This document shows, one piece after another, positions 34,664 through 42,700 of a DNA stretch of 64,000 bases. The stretch is from positions 37 through 64,036 of the forward strand of contig CAZVRY010000008.1 of assembly GCA_964629545.1 (NCBI GenBank), written 5' to 3'. The translations under genes were made by a program, and so were the position numbers. The DNA is from an uncultured Verrucomicrobiota bacterium (GTDB taxonomy: Bacteria; Verrucomicrobiota; Verrucomicrobiia; Limisphaerales; CAZVRY01). Positions within the stretch are counted from its first letter, which is position 1, and each line of letters begins with the position of its first letter. Below the pieces are notes generated by a model. That model saw only the letters and a list, made by a program, of their open reading frames with translations, ran no database searches and was not told where the DNA came from.

Positions 34664-36643
34664 TCAGCCGTGGTAGTGGTGAAACATGCCGGCCACAAGG
34701 AGCAACTCGGGATGGGCGGCCGACAATTGGGGCAGGACCACCCGAATGCGGGAACGGTAGTCCGCCAACTTGTCGCACAGCGGCTTGAGGTCCGTGCTCC
34801 CATCGCAATGCAACCGCTTGAGATCCAGCACGAGGCGGTTGCGGCTCTGGGCCAGCGATTCGCTGAGCCGATGCGCCAGTCCCTCCGCATCGGCTTTCGA
34901 CAGAACTCCCGCCACTCGCATCCAAACCTGCTGCTTGGCGTGCTGGAGCTCAACCTCCACGGAGAGCCCGCGCAGGGCGAATCGGTGCTGGAGTCCCTCC
35001 CACGCCTCAAACGCATTCCAGCGGTGATCTGGGAGCCGGTAGGTGGTTCGGATTAGTTTAGGGTGCTGAAAAAGGCCGAGTTTCAAAGTCAGGCCAGTCC
35101 AAAGCGCGGCGCCCACGGCCAGGGCAGACTGGCCTCGCTCGCTCAGGCTGGGGCGGCCCAACTCGGCATGGATGCGCCGCTCGAGATCGCCAATCCAACG
35201 TCGCACGGCGGCGTTGGGTCCAAGCAACCGGCCCGCCAGGAACACGGGGTAGGCATGCCTCAGTTCATGGGCGAAGTACGCGGCCTTGGCGCGCAAGTGC
35301 GGGTTCGACGAGTGCCTCAACTTCTGGTACCCGAGCAACCGCCCTTCCAGAACCCGGTAGATGCTGGGGCCGAGTCGTTGAAAATCCTGCTCGAAGCACC
35401 AGCGCTGGATGTCCTCAATCTGCTCCGGGGTGAGCGTGGGATGCTTGATCATCGTGCGAAAGCCATCCGCACGACGGTAGAACAAGTCCATGTCCTTGGT
35501 GTAGACGTCCTGCAGCAGGTTTTCCTTGATGATGCGCTCGTAGAAGGGCGTGCCCGGCACCGGGCCGTAGATCAGGAATTGAGCCAACGCGGGCTTGAGT
35601 TGCATGAGGCCAGCCAGTTCCTCCGCCACGACCTCCTGATTCTGGTAGTCGAAGCCCACGATCATGGAGGCCAACACCGTGATGCCGTGCTCGCGGAACT
35701 CGGTCAGGATGTCCGCGATGGGCCGGCCTTGTTGCTTGGCGTAATGGGATCGTGTCCCCTCGTAGCCAATCCAAAAGCCGTCAATGCCCATCTCAAGGAT
35801 CTCCTCCACCGTGTACTGGCTGATGGCTTTGATGCTCGAAAAGGCGAAGATAGAAAGCTTCTTTCCCCCGTTGATCACGCACTCGCGGAACTCCATCGCC
35901 CGCTTCTTGTTCAGCAGGAAATCTTCATCCAAAATCAGAAACACCAGGTTGGGATCCTGGTCCAGATACCGTTCCGCCACCGCATAGATGTCCCGGCCAT
36001 GGGGCAGCAACTTGATGTGCTTGCGCGAGAAGAAGTGCGAGGTGCAGCAGAAGTCGCATCCATTGGGGCACCCGAGCCCGGCGAAGATCTTGCCGGTGCC
36101 CGACACTTTCCATCCAAAGATCTTCAGCCAGCTCACGATGAGCGGGTGCTTGTAGGGCATGGGGATTTCGGGCTCGCCCAGCAGGCGGCGGAAATAGGCC
36201 ACCCCTTCCTCGCGGCAAATGTAATCGGCGTACGGCTTGAGCACCTCGTCCTTCAGCACCGTGCCGTAGCCGCCCAGCACAATCTTGCTCTGCGGGGCGT
36301 GTTCTCGAATCAGGGCGACCGCTTCCTTCATCTTGTGCATGACCGCCATGAGGAAGGAGACGCCCACGTAGTCGTAACCCTTCTTGAGTTCACGGATCAA
36401 TTCGCTCTTCGAAGGGTACTGCAACACGACGGCAGGCGCGTCGAGGTTTTCGGCGATGTACTCAAGCCCGAAGTGAATGTTGACCGTGCGCGGGCTGAAG
36501 ATGCCCTGGGCACGCAGCACCTGCCGGTAGAGCAATTCGTAGCCAACCGAGGGGGCATCGCCGTATTCCGGCCCCATGGGGCGGCACACGCTGGTGAGCA
36601 GGACAGTGGGCTTGATCGTGACAGCGGCGACTTTGGCAGACAT
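34664..36643 (-). CDS. B12-binding-domain radical SAM protein with a C-terminal STAS-like domain
   Basis: The N-terminal B12-binding-like region is KPTVLLTSVCRP...DYVGVSFLMAVMHKMKEAVALIREHAPQSKIVLGGYG. The radical SAM cluster is GLGCPNGCDFCC. The C-terminal ~100 aa (VWMRVAGVLSKADAEGLAHRLSESLAQSRNRLVLDLKRLHCDGSTDLKPL) look SpoIIAA/STAS-like. The track start 36712 is TTG; I prefer ATG 36643 (MSAKVAAV..). Confidence 0.75.
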   Translation of the reverse strand: MSAKVAAVTIKPTVLLTSVCRPMGPEYGDAPSVGYELLYRQVLRAQGIFSPRTVNIHFGLEYIAENLDAPAVVLQYPSKSELIRELKKGYDYVGVSFLMAVMHKMKEAVALIREHAPQSKIVLGGYGTVLKDEVLKPYADYICREEGVAYFRRLLGEPEIPMPYKHPLIVSWLKIFGWKVSGTGKIFAGLGCPNGCDFCCTSHFFSRKHIKLLPHGRDIYAVAERYLDQDPNLVFLILDEDFLLNKKRAMEFRECVINGGKKLSIFAFSSIKAISQYTVEEILEMGIDGFWIGYEGTRSHYAKQQGRPIADILTEFREHGITVLASMIVGFDYQNQEVVAEELAGLMQLKPALAQFLIYGPVPGTPFYERIIKENLLQDVYTKDMDLFYRRADGFRTMIKHPTLTPEQIEDIQRWCFEQDFQRLGPSIYRVLEGRLLGYQKLRHSSNPHLRAKAAYFAHELRHAYPVFLAGRLLGPNAAVRRWIGDLERRIHAELGRPSLSERGQSALAVGAALWTGLTLKLGLFQHPKLIRTTYRLPDHRWNAFEAWEGLQHRFALRGLSVEVELQHAKQQVWMRVAGVLSKADAEGLAHRLSESLAQSRNRLVLDLKRLHCDGSTDLKPLCDKLADYRSRIRVVLPQLSAAHPELLLVAGMFHHYHG

Positions 36644-36776
36644 AGGACGGCATCTTGCCTCAGCAATAGAACGGTGAATACATGCATGAGGGAATGCTTT
36701 GACCTGGGTCAAAGTGCACCCGGTCGCGAGGCGGGGTGCGGTGCCACGGCGCGAAAGCCGACTCGCCCGTCCGATC

Positions 36777-39700
36777 CTAGGGCGTCGGCCGAAGTCGGAA
36801 GAAACGCTGGGGTTCAGAGCCGGCTCCAGGTTGGAAGAACGACTCCACCGGGGCCTGGAGCGTCAGGTTGGTGAGCACGCCCCACGCGGTCAAGTTCGTG
36901 CTGGTTTCCACGGCGAACGACTGGCCCGGGGTGCCGGTGATCGCGAACTCGAAAGCGCCGCCCGCGATCCCGAGAGCGCCCAGGGAAAGAGGCGTCGCCC
37001 ATTCAGCCAAGAGCCGGAGTTGCGCAGGTTCGTAGAGAGCCTTGAACAGGCTGCCAGGCATTCCCGCCGGGTCGCCGACGCCACTCAGGGTTCCGATGGA
37101 AGAACCGAAAATGATCGGAGTGAACACATTCCCCTTCGCGGGAACGAAGCCGTTGCGGAGTTCGACTTCCAGCTTTCCAGCCAGGCTGACCGCGCCAGAA
37201 AACTGCAGTTGAGCGTAACCGGCCCCCGGCGCCAGGCCGCCGAAGCCGAACCGAAGGACGGCCGTCGGAGCGAGGCTGTAGCCGGCTTGCAGCGCGGCAA
37301 TCCCTTGTTGGAGGTCCAGCGTTCCGTTTTGGGCGAACTGGCTTAACGCGACGGTGTGGGTTCCGCTGCCGCCGCTGCGCAAGTAGCGGCCGTTGTTGAG
37401 AAAGGCGCAGTCGTTTTGCTGCACGAGGGCGACATCGGCCTGCACCTCCCAAAGGCCCCGATTTTCGACGGTCGATGAGTTCAGGGTCAGGGTGCCGCCC
37501 TGCCACTCGACGGTGCCTTGGTTGTGGAGGGCGGTTCGCACCAACCGGCGGTCAGCGTCGCCCGCGAGTTGGAGGGTTTGGCCTGCGGGCACGGTGAGGT
37601 CGAGGTCGATCAGTTCGCCTCCGGTCCACCGCAGAGGGCCGTTCAGAGTTGCATTCCCGGTCAGAACGCCGCCGGCGAGGGTGGCGTTACGGAGGCCCAT
37701 CGTTCCCACCCACCTGAAGCTGCCGCTATTGAATACCGTAAGGCCAGGCCCCTCGAAGTGCGTGGCTTCAAAAAAGTTGTTTCCGGCGAAGTCCAGGCGG
37801 GTGTCGGTGGCCATTGTGAAACGGTTGGTCTCGCCACGGCTGACGACGTTGCCTGACGGGAAGAGCAGGTTCCCCGTGCGGTTCTCCACCGCGGTGCTGT
37901 TGTTGAACGTGGTCAGGGCGATGGTGTGGGAGCCGCTGCCGCCGCTGCGCAGGTAGCGCCCCGTATTGAGGAAGGCGCAGTCGTTTTGTTGGACGAGGGC
38001 GACATCCGCCTGCACCTCCCAAAGGCCCAGGTTCTCGATCGTGGAAGAGTTGAGCGTGAGCGTGCCGCCGTGCCACTCGACGGCGCCTTGGTTGTGGAGG
38101 GCGGTCCGGACCAGCCGGCGGTCGGCACCGCCAGCCAACCGCAACGTCTCGCCCACCGGAACGGTCAGGTCCAGGTCGATGAACTCGCCACCGGTCCAAT
38201 GCAGGGGGCCATCGAGGACGGCTTGCCCGGTGAGGACGCCGCCGGCGAAGGTTACATTCTCCAGGCTCATGGTTCCGAGCCACGAAAACGAGCCGGCGCT
38301 CAGCACCTTGAGTCCCGGGCCTTCGAAGCTGGTTCCTTCGAAGTAATTGTTGCCGGCAAAGTCAACGCGGGCGCCCTCGGCGATGACAAACCGATTGCCT
38401 TCAAGTCGGCTGAGCACGTTGCCGGCGGGGAAGGCGAGGGTGCCGGTGAGCACGACAACCTGCGTCCCGGTGTGGAAGGCGGTCAGGGCGATGGTGTGAG
38501 TGCCCGGGCCGCGGCTGCGAACGTAATGGCCGAGATTGACGAATGAGCAGTCGTTCTGCTGAGCGAGGTGGAGGTCACCCTGGACGTCCCACAGGCCGTA
38601 GTTCTCCACGTGACTGGAGTTGAACGTGAGGGTACCTCCTTCCCAGATGATAGCGCCGTGGTTGCGCAGTGCGGTGCGGACGAGGCGCCGGTCGGCGCCG
38701 CCCGCCAAATGCAATTCGAGCCCCGGCGGCACGGTGAGGTCGAGGTCGATCAGTTCGCCGCCGGTCCAACGGAGTGGGCCGCCGAGCGTGACCGTGCCGG
38801 TCAGGACGCCACCGGCGAAGGTCACGTTCTCCAGGGTGCGGGTGTTGATCCAGGCGAAGGAGCCGGCGTTGAAAACCTTGGGTCCGGAGCCTTCGAAGGC
38901 GGTCGCTTCGAACCGGTTGTTCCCGGCGAAATCCAGGCGTGCGCCGTCGTCCACCAGGAAACGGTTGGATTCGCCGCGGCTCAAGACGTTGCCGACCGGG
39001 AACGAGAGTCCACCCGTGCGACATTCCACCGTGGTCGAATTGCTGAAGGTGGTCAGCGCGATGGTGTGCGAGCCGGTGCCGGCGCTGCGGAGGTAGCGCC
39101 CTGTGTTGAGGAACGCGCAGTCGTTCTGCTGGACAAGGGCCAGGTCGCCGCGCACTTCCCAGAGGTTGGCGTTTTCGACCGTGCTGGAATTGAGGGTGAG
39201 CGTGCCGCCGTCCCACGCAACCGCGCCGCGGTTGCGCAGGATGCTGCGGACCAACCGCCGATCGGCTCCGCCCGCAAGGTGCAGCGTATGACCGGCGAGG
39301 ATGGTCAGATCGAGATCGATCAGTTCCCCGCCGGTCCAGGGCAAGGACCCCTCGATCACAGCCGTGCCGGTGAGGACGCCGCCCGCGAAGGTGACATTTT
39401 CGAGCCTCATCGTTCCCGCCCACGAGAAGCTTCCCGCGTTGAGGACCTTCGGGCCAGGGCCATCGAAGACCGTGGCCTCGAACCGGTTGTCCCCCGCGAA
39501 GTTGACCTGGGCCTCGAGAGCGGCGCTGACGTGGTTGTTGGCGCCCCGGCTGACGACATTGCCGACGGGGAAAGCGAGTGTCCCGGCGCGCGCTTCGATT
39601 TGCCCGGTCGAAATAAAACTGGTCAGGGCCACGGTGTGGGTGCCGGAGCCGGCGTTGCGCAGGTAAAGCCCGGAGTTGGCGAACGAGCAGTCGTTCTGCT

Positions 39701-42700
39701 GGACCAGGGCGACGTCGCCGCGGACGTCCCAGCGCCCGGCGTTCTCGATGGAACTCGAGTTAAGCGTGAGCGTACCGCCTTCCCATTCGACCGTGCCCTG
39801 GTTGCGCAGGACGGTGCGGATCATGACGCGGTCGGCGCCGCCGGCCAGGCGCAGAACCGAGCCGGCCGCGAGGGTGAGGTTGGCATCGATCATGGCGCCC
39901 CCCGTCCACAAGAGGTTGCCGGAAAAGGTGGCGGAGCCGATGAGGGTGGCGTTTTGGAGGGAGAGTTCGAGGAGGCGGATGTCGCCGGGGAGGGTGACGG
40001 TGGTTCCGTTGGCCAGGGTCGCGGTGTCATGGGCGCCTGGCACGCCGCGGGGCGACCAGTTGGCTGGATTCGACCAGTTGGAATCCGCCGCGCCGGTCCA
40101 GGTGTAGGCGAGGCCGGTGAATCCCTGGACGCGCAGTGTGACCAGGGCCGTGGCGGTGCGACCGGCGGGATCGGTGGCGCGCACCGAAAAGGTGTGGGTG
40201 CTGACCCCGTTGGTGTCGGCAAGAACCGGGCGTCCGCGGAGAAATCCGTCCCGAGATAACAAGAGTCCGGCGGGCAAGGCGCCTTCGCTCACGCCGAAGG
40301 AGCAAGCTCCGTTCAGGGAGGTGGCCGTGAGTTGGAAGGAGTAATCGAGCCCAGCGACTCCGCCCGGTGGGCTGACACCCGGGGCGAATTCCGGCCGGGG
40401 CCCTTCGCCCGACTCGATGTGACAATGGGTTTCGTTGTTCGAAGGGGTGGAGTCGCGCTCGGCGCTGCCGGCTGCCGCCGCGACATCAAAGCTCCCGGGT
40501 TGGGTGGCTTGCACGTTCACTCGGATCGTCGCCTGGCACGAGGCCAAGGCGCCGACCTCGTAGTGGAGTGTTTGGCCAGCGATGCTCGTTGGCGGCGGGG
40601 TGCTCGAGACAAAGGTCAGGTATTCGGGCAGGGTGACGGTGACCGAGACCTGGGTCGCGACGCGGGGGGCGGTGTTGACGACGGTGATGACAGTTTGCGC
40701 GGTTTCGTCGGCGGTGACATCCAGCGAAGCGGGCGTAGTGCTGATGGCGAGGTCTACTGGCATGTTTGGGTCGCCGAGAGGACGGGCCACGCGCACGGCC
40801 CTGGCGCAGCGGTCGTAGAAGCCAATGGCCGGCATGCCCTGGGGATCAAAGGCAAGTTCCAGGTTCTCCCCCGGCCTCCAGTCGATGGGCCGGACCAAGT
40901 CGTTATGCCATTGCCCGTTCAAGAGCATGGCGAAGCGAATCTGGCTCCGATCTCGAATGTAGGCGACGGCGGGCCGCCCGCTGGGATCGACGGCAATGGC
41001 TGCCACCTGGATGGACTCAGATGCGTCAAGCGACGTTTCGGTCCAAGTCGCCCCGTCCATGCAGGTCAGGTAGTGCAAGTGCCCGGGTCCCCAGGCCATC
41101 GGAGAACCGGGAACGGTGGAGCCTCGGACGACCGCATGCAGTTGGTCGCCCACGCCCACGGTCAAGTCGACACGATTCGGGTATTGAAGGTATTCCGAGC
41201 CCCACCTCTGAACGACGGCTAGAGCGCGGCCCGGGCCGGAACCCGGCTGCCCTTGGCGGTAGAAAAGCGTATGATCCGCTTCGCCTTGACGCGCCAGGAG
41301 ATGGAGGACGTGGGGACCGCGCCGGTCCGTATCGAAACCCACGCCGGCGAAGTCATCCTGTGTGTCCTTCTCGAAAAGGCTGGCGCCATTCACGGTAAGC
41401 CATTCTGTCCTGCGGTCACCCGCATGCTGGAACCTCCAGGTGAGCCATTCTCCAAGGCGGCCAGGCAAGTATTCCCGGACCCCTTGACTGCCCGTGTGAT
41501 CGCCTGCCCACTCCAACGGTTCCGGGTTCGCGAAAGAAGTGGGCCCGGACATCCCCACGCGCCACGTCCATTCATGCGAGTAGTCCTCGGGCCCGCTGAA
41601 CTGCCACACCGCCATGAGCAGGAATTGCGGCCAGATTCCCGGGATGAGTCGCTCCACGTCCTGGCTGAGAAGACCGCCCGGCCAGCGAAAGCCGGCGTCC
41701 AAATCCTGGACGCGCCAGGCGGTCCCATCCTTCCAAGCCCAATGCGTCATGGCCCCTTCGGACGAATTTCGCCCGGAGTCATCGTCGCCAAGCTGATAGT
41801 CCCAACCGAGGTTCGCTCGCTCGAGGTCGCTATACCCAAATCCAGTGATGCGGACGGTCGGATTCAGCAGACCGTCTGCGGTTCGGGAAACGTCCTCGGT
41901 CAGCCACACCCGGTCGACGATCGGAACGAGATGGACGCGGATGGTGCCGCTCAACGTCGTGTGCCCGTCCGAGGCCGAGTAGGTGAATTGATCGTCGCCC
42001 AAGAAGTCAGGCGCGGGCACGTAGACGAGCCTGTTTCCCTCGACCGACGCGGTGTTTCCGGCCCGGGGAGCTGAGGTCACCTGGTAGCTCAGCGATTCCT
42101 CGTCCACGTCGCGCGCCGGCAGGTCGATCGGGATGATCGTGCCCTGGGCGCGGGTGAACAGTGGGAAATCGGGCAGAACCGGAGGGTCGTCACGCCTGTC
42201 GATATGAATCGTCACGCTCCCGGACGCCCTCCCGCCGTCAACATCGCGCACTGAATAGAACAAGGAGTCGCTACCAAAAGCATCACGGTTCGGGGTATAG
42301 ACGATGTCGCGGAGACCATTGACGGACACGACCTCGGCGGTGCCTTTTTGGGTAGTGAACCGGGATTGAGTGAACTCGAGGGGGCCGTTGGCGTCCGGGC
42401 CGTTCGCAGCGTGATTCCCGCTGAAGATGCCCAAGGGATTGGCTGCACTGTCTTCGGCCACCGTGACCTCAAACGGTCGCACCACAGGATTATCATGAAT
42501 CGAATAGACTTCGATCGTGGTGCTGACGGGCTCGCTTTCGTCCTGTCGATCGAAGGCGACAAAGGTGAAGTGGTCGAAACCGTGGAAGTTGGCTTCGGGC
42601 TTGTAGACGACGGGATTGGGGAGGGGCGAACCGACCACCACGGCAGGTTCAAAGTGCCCATGGACCGGAGCTGACTTGAGGATGAAGGAAATAGGATCTC

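Noticed and set aside
37330-40010. Regular ~570-nt periodicity, considered as a possible CRISPR-like or satellite array
   Set aside because: The period is far too long and no short repeat/spacer organisation exists. The repeats are in frame within a continuous 2893-aa ORF and are conserved at the protein level.
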